Shown here in pieces: positions 30,854 through 39,066 of a stretch of 64,000 nt of DNA (the stretch's first letter is position 1; every line of letters begins with the position of its first letter). The stretch comes from Candidatus Eremiobacteria bacterium (GTDB taxonomy: Bacteria > Vulcanimicrobiota > Vulcanimicrobiia > Vulcanimicrobiales > Vulcanimicrobiaceae), in the NCBI GenBank assembly GCA_963737065.1, contig CAVTRC010000001.1:2433064-2497063 (forward strand). The letters run 5' to 3'. The position numbers and the translations under genes are program-made. The notes below the pieces were generated by a model. The model saw only the letters and a list, made by a program, of their open reading frames with translations, made no database searches and had not been told where the DNA came from.

Positions 30854-31215
30854 ACGATCGCATCTTCGGGCTCGTGATCAACGTGAACGCGTACGGTGCC
30901 ACCGTACGTTTGCAATCGGGTGAATTAGCCAGCGCGCCGGCCGGCGACGTCGAGGCGCATCGGACGCAATACGAGAGGAGCATCTCGGGACGCAAGGCGA
31001 TTGCCTTCGTCAAACATCCCGGCGGCCGCCGTCCGATGGTGACCGTTGCTCCGCAAATCGAAGAGCCGCAGCTCGACGAGCAGATCGCCGAGTATTTCAA
31101 GAGTACGCAAGAGTGGGAGGCCGATGAAGAAGGGCGTCCCGCGCACGAACGGCACTTCTTGCGGAAAAAGAAGCGCGCCGCGCTTTTTGAATCGAAGCAT
31201 AGCAACGAGCGGTAG
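30850..31215 (+). CDS. Degenerate S1-domain protein (YabR-like)
   Basis: GLVINVNAYGATVRL resembles the S1 N-terminus; follows a divIC-like gene. Confidence 0.55.
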   Translation: MNDRIFGLVINVNAYGATVRLQSGELASAPAGDVEAHRTQYERSISGRKAIAFVKHPGGRRPMVTVAPQIEEPQLDEQIAEYFKSTQEWEADEEGRPAHERHFLRKKKRAALFESKHSNER

Positions 31216-31229
31216 CGAAGGACGCGCGC

Positions 31230-32172
31230 GTGAAGCACTGGGCGATCGTTTCGATCGGCACAAATTCGACGCGTGCGCTGGTTGCCGACATGCAGCCGGA
31301 GAATCCGCGCATCGAACTTTCGCGCTCGATTGGAACGCGCATCGGCGAAGGATTGCACGAACACGGCCGGCTCGGCGAAGAGCCGATGCGGCGGACGCTC
31401 GACGCCATTCGGGATCATTTCCGCGCGGTGCGCGGACGTTACATTCGGCTCTATGCAATAGCGACGAGCGCGCTGCGCCGCGCCGATAACGCCGACGTCT
31501 TTGCGAACGCGGTTCACGGCTTGCTCGGCGTACCGCTGCGTGTTTTGAGCGGAGATGAAGAAGCCGCGTGCGTCCTATCGCGGCGCCATCACCGTCTTCG
31601 GAGAACGTCATCGTGAAAAAGTCGGCGTGATCGACACCGGCGGAGGAAGCACGGAGTACGCGGTCGGCGCGGAAACTGCGCCCGAGTGCACCATGTCGTG
31701 CGAAATCGGCGCGGTCCGATTGACCGAAGTCGTGCCGGAACTCGCCGGCGGCGATTCATCCGTTGACTCGGATAGTATTGAACGCGCGCGGAACATCGCG
31801 CGTAACGCACTTGCGCCGATCGCCGAGCTTCGCAGTGTCGACCGGCTCGCGTTCGTCGGCGGTTCTGCAACGACCGCAGCGCAAGTGGCATTCGGGAAGA
31901 AGTTCAAGATGGATCGCGCGGAGATGACGCGCGCCGATTTTCAACGCGTGCTCGATCGGCTGTGCGCAATGACGTATACTCAGCGCCGCGCAATCCCCGG
32001 CATGAAGTCCCACCGCGCGGATATTCTGCCCGCAGGAATCATCGTATTGGAAACCGCGCTCGACATTCTGGGCCACGATCGGGCGGTCACCACGACGGCC
32101 GATCTCCTCGTAGGTTACTTGCTTCAGCAACGAGACCGCGCGCCGATCGCAACGCGCGCCATTCCGCGCTAG
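31230..32172 (+). pseudogene. Ppx/GppA phosphatase, frameshifted near 31564 (true lesion or assembly error)
   Basis: IGTNSTR, ATSALRRADN, LSGDEEA in one frame; SYRGA, IDTGGGSTE, GAVRLTE, RADILPAG in another; removing one C restores EEARASYRGA. Confidence 0.8.
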
Positions 32173-32216
32173 CTCTTCCGGCAGGACGCCCATGGCGCGG
32201 TCCCGCAGACGTTGTC

Positions 32217-32459
32217 ATGGACGACAAGACGATACAGCAGCACATCGAGGAGCTCGTCAACGAGGAACACCATCTGTTGCAACACGGCGATAGTCATACG
32301 TTGACGGAAGACGACCGCAACCGACTCGAGACCGTGCAGGTGCAGCTCGATCGCTACTACGATCTCTTGCGACAGCGGCGCGCGCGTCGCGATGCGGGAC
32401 AAGATCCGGACATCGCGCACATGCGTTCCGCCGAAACGGTCGAACACTACGAGCAGTAG
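32217..32459 (+). CDS. DUF2630-like small protein
   Basis: IEELVNEEH...QLDRYYDLLRQRRARRDAG...VEHYEQ. Confidence 0.8.
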   Translation: MDDKTIQQHIEELVNEEHHLLQHGDSHTLTEDDRNRLETVQVQLDRYYDLLRQRRARRDAGQDPDIAHMRSAETVEHYEQ

Positions 32460-32496
32460 AGGTGTAGCGTTTCCGAGCACACGAAGTGACGAAAAC

Positions 32497-32854
32497 GGGA
32501 CGGTGGTGGAACTGGCAGACACAGCAGACTTGAGGTAACTCCTTGAGCCGTACGTTGGGAAACCGCGTGCGGGATGCGCTCAAACTCGGCGAACTCTAAC
32601 GGTCATCCTGAGCTTGTCGAAGGAAGGCACGACAACGCCGAGCCAAGCTCCAAGCTGCTGCGAAGCAGATTGGGGAAGGTGTAGAGACTGGATGGGCGCG
32701 GCCTAACGGCGATGTTACAACGATCGTCTACGGCCATGGCACAGTCCGGACCAACAAATTGGTTCGCGCGGGCGCGAACCGAGTAGCGAAAGCTATAGTG
32801 GTGCGAAAATTTGCCGCTCGAAAGAGCATGCGGGTTCGATTCCCGCCCGTCCCA
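32497..32854 (+). tRNA. tRNA-Leu(UAA), exons 32497-32531 and 32806-32854, CCA not encoded
   Basis: Acceptor GGGACGG/CCGTCCC+A; spliced anticodon arm GCAGA-CTT^AAAA-TTTGC; long variable arm GCTC-GAAA-GAGC; T arm GCGGG-TTCGATT-CCCGC. Confidence 0.92.
32532..32805 (+). ncRNA. Group I self-splicing intron (IC3-like), 274 nt, no ORF
   Basis: P1 CUU/GAG with U.G at splice site, P2 GAAA loop, P3 GCGCTCA/TGGGCGC, P4 CTCGGCG/CGCCGAG, R element GTGTAGAGACTG and S element CAGTCC (P7), P9 hairpins, terminal G. Confidence 0.9.
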
Positions 32855-32995
32855 TTATCATCACGAGCTCTTATGCTTGCATCCGCCCATGTACGCGGGA
32901 CAGTTCTTCCCTTTGCGACCGGCGGCGGCGTGTCGACTGCAACCGATCCGCTTCCACTGATGACGCTGGCGAAGATCAGACCCGCCGCGGCAACA

Positions 32996-33355
32996 CTATC
33001 GGGCTTGATCGCGAGCGCTTGCGCGCGCTCGCGGGCTTGTAGCGCGCCGGCGCTGCCACGCGAGCTCCAGCGCGTCTGTTACCGCGGTTTTCGTCGCGTG
33101 TTTGAGTACGACGGCCGTGCTGCCGTTTTCGCCCCACTTGCCTTTCGCCGGTGCGAATGCTTTCGGGTAGTTTTGCAGCATGACGTGCTGCTCTTCGGGT
33201 GAAAGCACGACGACGCCGTAGGAGTCGTCGGGGTAGCCCAGTGTGGCGAAGATTTTTCCGTTCACGCGAAAATCCGGATGTCCGCCGTGGTCGCGTTCTT
33301 CCGCACCGTCGAACGCGAGCGCCAGTTCACGAAACTGCTGCTGCGTTAGCGGCAT
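32996..33355 (-). CDS. MmcQ/YjbR-family protein
   Basis: FRELALAF, HPDFRVNGKIFATL, WGENGST. Confidence 0.8.
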   Translation of the reverse strand: MPLTQQQFRELALAFDGAEERDHGGHPDFRVNGKIFATLGYPDDSYGVVVLSPEEQHVMLQNYPKAFAPAKGKWGENGSTAVVLKHATKTAVTDALELAWQRRRATSPRARASARDQAR

Positions 33356-33975
33356 GAATCTCTCATAAACGATGCGAGCACCGACGCGTCGTCCGTCCCG
33401 AGCGCGTCGAGTGAAGCGGCGACGTTGTCGATGTTCTCGCGCGGGTGGTTTTGATTGAGTTTGAACGTCCCGATCAGGCTCTCGACGCGCATCTCCAGGC
33501 CGACGATTGCCTTCATTTGCGATTCCAAATAATCGGCCGGTGCATCGTCGACGGACCACGTTCCCCCGACGCGCGCTTCTTGCGATTCCGTCAAACGGCG
33601 GGTAAATGCATAGAGCCATTGTTCGTCGTGAATGAAGCGAACGGAACCGCGCGCTTCGATCGCAACGTAATCATAGGTAGGAACGGTGCGCGGGTTGGTG
33701 GGTTTCGACGGATACCACGTCGGTGAAATATACTGCTGCGCGATAAGGAATGCCGCGAGTGCCGTGGACGGCTCATGTTTCCACTGATCGTTGGCCCGTG
33801 CGATGTGGCCTTCCAACAATAGCGAGTCGCCTTCGGTGCGAGCGAGCATCGGCAGATGCGTCAACGAAAGGTCGCCGTCGTGAGCAGTCACCAACATCGC
33901 TAACGGATGCGATGCGATGAGCGTCAAGAGCGGTGCGCGATCGTCTACGCGGAAGTACGGTGGACGGTAGGTCAT
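33346..33975 (-). CDS. FMN-binding negative transcriptional regulator (PaiB-like)
   Basis: YRPPYF, GHIARAN, YISPTWY, VPTYDY, KLNQN. Confidence 0.85.
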   Translation of the reverse strand: MTYRPPYFRVDDRAPLLTLIASHPLAMLVTAHDGDLSLTHLPMLARTEGDSLLLEGHIARANDQWKHEPSTALAAFLIAQQYISPTWYPSKPTNPRTVPTYDYVAIEARGSVRFIHDEQWLYAFTRRLTESQEARVGGTWSVDDAPADYLESQMKAIVGLEMRVESLIGTFKLNQNHPRENIDNVAASLDALGTDDASVLASFMRDSCR

Positions 33976-34003
33976 AATCCTCGCAATATGCAACCGACGC
34001 GCA

Positions 34004-35074
34004 ATGAGCCTGCTTTTCTCGCCGATCGCGCTGCGCGGCGTCGAGTTCGACAATCGCATCGTCGTCTCGCCGATGTGCCAGTACTCGTCGGAGAACGGCA
34101 ACGCGAACGACTGGCACGTCGTTAACCTGGGCCACTACGCGGTTTCCGGTCCGGCACTCGTGTTCTTCGAAGCGACGGCGGTAAGCCCGCAAGGACGGAT
34201 CACCGACCGCGATCTCGGGCTCTATTCCGATGAGAATCAAGAAGCGATGGCGCGCGTCGTCGCATTTATACGCCGGTGGACGCACTCGAAAATCGGCGTG
34301 CAACTCGCGCACGCTGGAAGAAAGGGGTCGACGCTGCCGCCCTGGGAGGGTGGCGCGGCCGCGCCGCCGGAGCGGTCGTACGAGACATTCGCTCCGTCTG
34401 GGATTCCATATACATCCGATTGGCGCACCCCGGCGGCGCTCGATGAAGCCGGATTACGCGGCGTGCGTGACGACTTCGTGCGCGCGGCGAAGCGCTGCGT
34501 CGAACTCGGCATCGACGTGATCGAGTTGCATTGCGCTCACGGGTACCTGGGCCATCAATTTCTCTCGCCGCTTTCGAATCATCGCACGGATCGATACGGC
34601 GGCTCGCTTCAAAACCGTATGCGTTTTCCGATCGAGCTTTTTGATGCGGTGCGCGCCGTGTGGCCGGCAGATAAGCCGCTCGGCGTACGCATTTCCGCGA
34701 CCGATTGGGCCGACGGCGGCTGGGATATCGAACAATCGATTGCATTCGTCGGTGAACTAAAAAAGCGAGGATGCGATTTTGCCGACGTGTCGAGTGGCGG
34801 TCTCGTGCCGCAGCAGAAAATTACCGTCGGTCCCGGCTATCAGGTTTCATTTGCCGCACAGGTAAAACACGCGACCGGCATCCCCACGATGGCGGTCGGC
34901 ATGATCACGGACCCCCGGCAAGCCGAAACGATTCTCGGTAGCGGTCAGGCCGATTTCATCGAACTTGCGCGCGGCTTCATCCGCGATCCGAACTGGACGT
35001 GGGATGCGGCGGATGTGCTCGGCGCGCAGGCGTTTGTTCCGAACCAATATCAGCGCGGACGAAACCGCCACTAG
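34004..35074 (+). CDS. NADH:flavin oxidoreductase / old yellow enzyme (YqjM-like)
   Basis: NRIVVSPMCQYS, QLAHAGRK, HCAHGYL, RTDRYGGS. Confidence 0.92.
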   Translation: MSLLFSPIALRGVEFDNRIVVSPMCQYSSENGNANDWHVVNLGHYAVSGPALVFFEATAVSPQGRITDRDLGLYSDENQEAMARVVAFIRRWTHSKIGVQLAHAGRKGSTLPPWEGGAAAPPERSYETFAPSGIPYTSDWRTPAALDEAGLRGVRDDFVRAAKRCVELGIDVIELHCAHGYLGHQFLSPLSNHRTDRYGGSLQNRMRFPIELFDAVRAVWPADKPLGVRISATDWADGGWDIEQSIAFVGELKKRGCDFADVSSGGLVPQQKITVGPGYQVSFAAQVKHATGIPTMAVGMITDPRQAETILGSGQADFIELARGFIRDPNWTWDAADVLGAQAFVPNQYQRGRNRH

Positions 35075-35348
35075 CCGCATCTCTAGTAAAGAATCCGGAC
35101 ACGGCGAGAACCGTTAGCAACCCAATTAAAACGGCGATCGGCGACGCGATCGCCGTAGCGATCGCAACTTCGCGCTGCTTGTCACGCAAGATAGAACGAT
35201 CCGCGCGTTCCGTCGCCGCAGGGGCCGACGTGACGATCGGAGGCATTGCCGAAAGCGTTTTGCCAAGCCATGCGCCACTGACGAAACACGCGATCACGAA
35301 CAGGGCAGCGATGAGCCAGAGTAGCGCCGGTAATCGAACGCCGTTCAC
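34977..35348 (-). CDS. Hypothetical two-TM membrane protein
   Basis: GTG start overlapping upstream stop with GAGGAG SD; two hydrophobic segments; 3' end overlaps the OYE gene. Confidence 0.55.
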   Translation of the reverse strand: MNGVRLPALLWLIAALFVIACFVSGAWLGKTLSAMPPIVTSAPAATERADRSILRDKQREVAIATAIASPIAVLIGLLTVLAVSGFFTRDAASGGFVRADIGSEQTPARRAHPPHPTSSSDRG

Positions 35349-35530
35349 TCCTCGCCGACTTTCGCGAGCAGCGCGTCGATTACGCACGTCCAGCGACCAT
35401 CGTCGTGCGAGCGCGAACGTCGTAATGTGGTCACCGTGCCTTTGCGATAGTTCTCGAGCGCGACGACGTGTTGACGGCGTGTGCCAAGCGCCGCAAAATC
35501 CGCGGCGCGAAGCCATTGCTTCGAAACCAT
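35345..35530 (-). CDS. Hypothetical 61-aa protein (possible gene remnant)
   Basis: AGGAG SD 6 nt before ATG; SD pairs with upstream leader codons. Confidence 0.5.
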   Translation of the reverse strand: MVSKQWLRAADFAALGTRRQHVVALENYRKGTVTTLRRSRSHDDGRWTCVIDALLAKVGEE

Positions 35531-35537
35531 ATGGGAC

Positions 35538-35584
35538 TCCTACGCGTAAGAGGTGTTGGTTTGTTTCGCCTAAGAAGCGTAGGA
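35538..35584 (-). promoter_or_regulatory. Anti-SD/SD hairpin coupling the RAPP leader to the downstream gene
   Basis: mRNA UCCUACGC (35584-35577) is complementary to GCGUAGGA (35545-35538). Confidence 0.65.
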
Positions 35585-36211
35585 AGGCGGCGCGCGTCCG
35601 CCCGCGGTGCAGAGCTCGGGTGCGACTTGTTTGCGCGGAACGATCCGCAAACGCGGTACGATGGCCGTCGCGATGTCGTCGCGTGTAAGCAGCGCGCGAA
35701 TGGTTTTCACGACGCGCAACGTCGCCCATGCTAGTTCGTGCATCACCGCAGCTGCGGCGAAGAACGTAACGATACACGTCACCAGGTGAACTCCGAGCGC
35801 GACCGCCACCGGCGCGCCCAGCCAGATCATTCCGCCGAGTGCGTGTCCTGCGACGATGGTTTGTTCGCACGTCTCCATTGCATAGAGGATGAAGAGTTGC
35901 GCGGCGAACGTCGCGGGCAACAACAGCGATGATCGTGAACGCAGCGCGCTGTCCCAACGACGCAAACGGTCTTTCATCATGTCGCCGTCGCCGTCGAAAT
36001 GCGCGCGAATCCGTAAGGCGACGTGGATTGCAACCGCGATGAGACCCACGCTGAGCGCAGGCAGTACGTCGAGATTGCTGTGATCGGTGTAGTGACCGCG
36101 CCCGAACACGCCGGCATTCGAGGCGGCTTCAAGCAACGGGTCTGCGACGGCGGCCGCGATCACGGCGACAGCGAGCGAAAACCACAACCGAACGGAGCAA
36201 ACGAAGGACAC
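35570..36211 (-). CDS. Multi-pass membrane protein ending in RAPP (putative ribosome-arrest leader)
   Basis: About 4 hydrophobic segments, GVFGRGHYTDH, C-terminal GGRAPPSYAS. Confidence 0.75.
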   Translation of the reverse strand: MSFVCSVRLWFSLAVAVIAAAVADPLLEAASNAGVFGRGHYTDHSNLDVLPALSVGLIAVAIHVALRIRAHFDGDGDMMKDRLRRWDSALRSRSSLLLPATFAAQLFILYAMETCEQTIVAGHALGGMIWLGAPVAVALGVHLVTCIVTFFAAAAVMHELAWATLRVVKTIRALLTRDDIATAIVPRLRIVPRKQVAPELCTAGGRAPPSYAS

Positions 36212-36297
36212 GGCCTTGTCCCCTTAAGCGATGCGGGAGCGAGGTCCTTGAACGTCGCGCAGCGGTCCGTAACAAAGGCGTAGAAGAAGAGCGACCG

Positions 36298-38181
36298 ATG
36301 CGCACGTTTTTCTTTACGGCCGCGACGGTATTGCTTGCGTTCATCACGGTGTGCGTGCCCGCACGCGCACAAGAGCCGTCACCGTCGCCAAGCCCTTCAC
36401 CCGGTTTTTCGACGTCGATGAGCGGCTCGAACGAATTCATCGATCAAGCCGCGAGCGGGCCCGGAATCACACCACCCGAAGCGCAGCCGTTTGCGGCAGG
36501 GCTGCCGCTTTCGCCGATGTCGCCGTACGATTGGTTTTCAAGCGCGCCGCTCACGCCGGGAATCGCGGGCGTCGGACAATACGAACTGACCGCGACCGAT
36601 CGCACGCGAAGGTTTACGGCGCAAGCGACGGTCGGATTGACGCTGATCGGCGGGGATGCAACCGCCGCGGCGTATTGGGGCGAACCGTTATTCGGTGACG
36701 CGAGCCCGCATTGGAATCATCTCTTCAATCCGCACATCGTCTTTCCGCAGAAGCCGGGAACCAACGACCTGATCGCCGGCGCGCTCGCGCTGCCGCTCGC
36801 AGCATCGGTTGCGCAAAACAACGGCGCGTGGCAAATTCGCGGCGGCTACTTGGATCTCGCGCAAACCGATCGCTTCGTATTCTCTCCGCCGGCCGTAACG
36901 AACGCGCTGCCGTCCACCGGCATACAGACCGCAGAGACGCTTGGACCGGGAATGCCGAGTCTCGAGACGTGGAACGCGCCACCGGTCTCGATGCAACTGC
37001 TCGGCGGGGATGCGCTCGTCAAGGTTCACTCGGCCGCGATCGAATTGACCGACGCGCTGCTGCCCTCGCTGCAGCAGACGGGTGTGCGGCTGCTCAACGG
37101 ATCGATCGTGATCGATCGCGGCGACTACGGGCGCTTCTCGGCGCAAATCTTGCACATCGACACGACCGGTGCGCCGATCGTTACGACGACATATTTCGGC
37201 GTCGATCGAACGTTGTACCCCGGGCCGCAAGGCCGTCTGTTTACCACCGTGCTCGCTAATCAACGACAAACACTTGCCGGCGTGAGCGCATTGGTTCATC
37301 CGGTCAAGGGGTACGACGCGCTCGTCGAATTCGGACGTGGATGGTACGATGCGCAGCCGGTCGCACAGCCGGGAACGAACGCGCCCGGCGAGTACATTCA
37401 TCTCGCGTTGACGCGTCGCTGGAACGCGACCGACGACGTCGGAATCGACTACTACCGCTTCGATCCGCGGTATGCGTCGATCGTCTTACCGTACGGGATT
37501 CCGGAGAACGTTTGGTCCGTGGCCTGGTCGTGGCCGGGACAGTGGCTGAAGTCAAATTATCAATCGGTCGACGATACGATCGTCGGGATCAACCGCGCCG
37601 GATTTCGCGCGCACGCCGATGTCCGGCGCGGAAAACTCGAACTGCACGCCGGCGCGTACGTTTGGCGGCAACTCGCGCCGTTCGACGCTCTAAACGCGGT
37701 CCAGGAAGGCTGGGCCGACGGATATTTTCTCCCGCAGACGGACGGTAACGGTACGCTCGGATGGCAGCGTCAAATCGCCATGTACGCCGCGTGGCATTTT
37801 CATCGCGACGACATCGTCGCGGACGGCGTGTGGGATCGTTCGTATCGGCCGATTCTGGGCGACGCGGCGGATTTGGTGAGCATGAATTATCCCGAAATCG
37901 TTCTGTCGATCCAGCATCATTGGAGTAAGAGGGCGATCGGCGTCATCGGGTACGGGCGATACTCGGCGAACGGGATGTGGGCGACGACGCCGGTACTCGG
38001 TATCTACGGCGCCGCATTCGTCGGCGCACAATTGGATTTCGGACGCCAGCAATTGCTCGTCCAGCTGCGACGTCAGGCTCTTACCGGTCTCCCGTCACAA
38101 CCCGGCGGTCCACCGCCCACGATGCGCGCGACCAGTGTGCTCGTCGACCAGCATTTCTCGACCGGCCCGCAGCCAAGGTGA
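36298..38181 (+). CDS. Hypothetical secreted/outer-membrane protein
   Basis: Signal peptide (ARA), PSPSPSPSP linker, Trp/Tyr/Gly-rich putative beta-strands. Confidence 0.7.
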   Translation: MRTFFFTAATVLLAFITVCVPARAQEPSPSPSPSPGFSTSMSGSNEFIDQAASGPGITPPEAQPFAAGLPLSPMSPYDWFSSAPLTPGIAGVGQYELTATDRTRRFTAQATVGLTLIGGDATAAAYWGEPLFGDASPHWNHLFNPHIVFPQKPGTNDLIAGALALPLAASVAQNNGAWQIRGGYLDLAQTDRFVFSPPAVTNALPSTGIQTAETLGPGMPSLETWNAPPVSMQLLGGDALVKVHSAAIELTDALLPSLQQTGVRLLNGSIVIDRGDYGRFSAQILHIDTTGAPIVTTTYFGVDRTLYPGPQGRLFTTVLANQRQTLAGVSALVHPVKGYDALVEFGRGWYDAQPVAQPGTNAPGEYIHLALTRRWNATDDVGIDYYRFDPRYASIVLPYGIPENVWSVAWSWPGQWLKSNYQSVDDTIVGINRAGFRAHADVRRGKLELHAGAYVWRQLAPFDALNAVQEGWADGYFLPQTDGNGTLGWQRQIAMYAAWHFHRDDIVADGVWDRSYRPILGDAADLVSMNYPEIVLSIQHHWSKRAIGVIGYGRYSANGMWATTPVLGIYGAAFVGAQLDFGRQQLLVQLRRQALTGLPSQPGGPPPTMRATSVLVDQHFSTGPQPR

Positions 38182-38191
38182 ACGCGGAAAA

Positions 38192-38207
38192 CTGATAAAA
38201 TTATCAG
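38192..38207. promoter_or_regulatory. Perfect inverted repeat CTGATAA-AA-TTATCAG, candidate operator of etfBA
   Basis: 7-2-7 AT-rich palindrome about 70 bp upstream of etfB. Confidence 0.55.
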
Positions 38208-38277
38208 AGGACAACCAGCCCGCCCGTCATAACTTGGGCGGGTTCTCCCCAAGTACTCGAGGAGGTCATTACTCCAC

Positions 38278-39066
38278 GTGAAGATCGTGGTCACGGTCAA
38301 ACTTGTGCCCGACCCGAACGCTGAAAAGCGTATCGACGCGGGCACAAAGCGTTTGGTTCGCACGGGTGTTGAAACCGTGTTGAATCCGTATGACGAGTAC
38401 GCGCTCGAAGCGGCGCTGCAACTCAAAGAAAAAGTGGGTGCCGACACGTCGGTCACGGTCTTTTCGATGGCTCCCGAGTCGCTCAAAGAGACGCTGCGCA
38501 AAGCGCTCGCGATGGGTGCCGATGATGCCGTGCTGCTCAGCGATGCGGCGCTCGAAGGCAGCGACGTATGGGCCACGTCGTATGCCATCGCGCATGCGCT
38601 CAAGAAGATCGGGTTCGATTTGCTGATCGTCGGTGGACTCTCCGACGACGGTTCGACCGGAGCAACGCCCGGCGCGATCGCGGAGTATCTGCAGACGCCG
38701 CTGGTCACGAACGTTCGCAAAGCGGAGATCGCGGAGGGCAAATTACGTCTCGAGCGTGAGACCGACACCGGCTATCAAGACGTGATCGCGCCGTTGCCGT
38801 CGGTCATCACAACCGCGCTGACGTTCGGCGAACCGCGCTACGCGTCGCTCAAAGGCATCATGGGCGCAAAGAAAAAGACGATTGCGTCGCTGACCGTCGC
38901 CGATCTCGAGCTCGATCACGCCGTCGGCGCTGGTGGTGCGAAGACGGAGCTTCTCGATGCACAGCCGCCGGCAGTGCGCGGTAAAGGACAGGTGCTCGAA
39001 GCGGCTGACGGCGCCGCGGGTGCGCAAGCTATTTTCGACCTACTCAAAGAGCGGAAACTCGTTTGA
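38278..39066 (+). CDS. etfB: Electron transfer flavoprotein beta subunit
   Basis: VKLVPD, NPYDEYALEAAL, ALAMGAD, EPRYASLKGIMGAKKK. Confidence 0.95.
   Translation: MKIVVTVKLVPDPNAEKRIDAGTKRLVRTGVETVLNPYDEYALEAALQLKEKVGADTSVTVFSMAPESLKETLRKALAMGADDAVLLSDAALEGSDVWATSYAIAHALKKIGFDLLIVGGLSDDGSTGATPGAIAEYLQTPLVTNVRKAEIAEGKLRLERETDTGYQDVIAPLPSVITTALTFGEPRYASLKGIMGAKKKTIASLTVADLELDHAVGAGGAKTELLDAQPPAVRGKGQVLEAADGAAGAQAIFDLLKERKLV

Noticed and set aside
32759..33202. ORF overlapping the intron 3' end as a possible homing endonuclease
   Set aside because: Runs through the tRNA exon, has no LAGLIDADG/HNH/GIY-YIG motif, and the intron is too short to encode one
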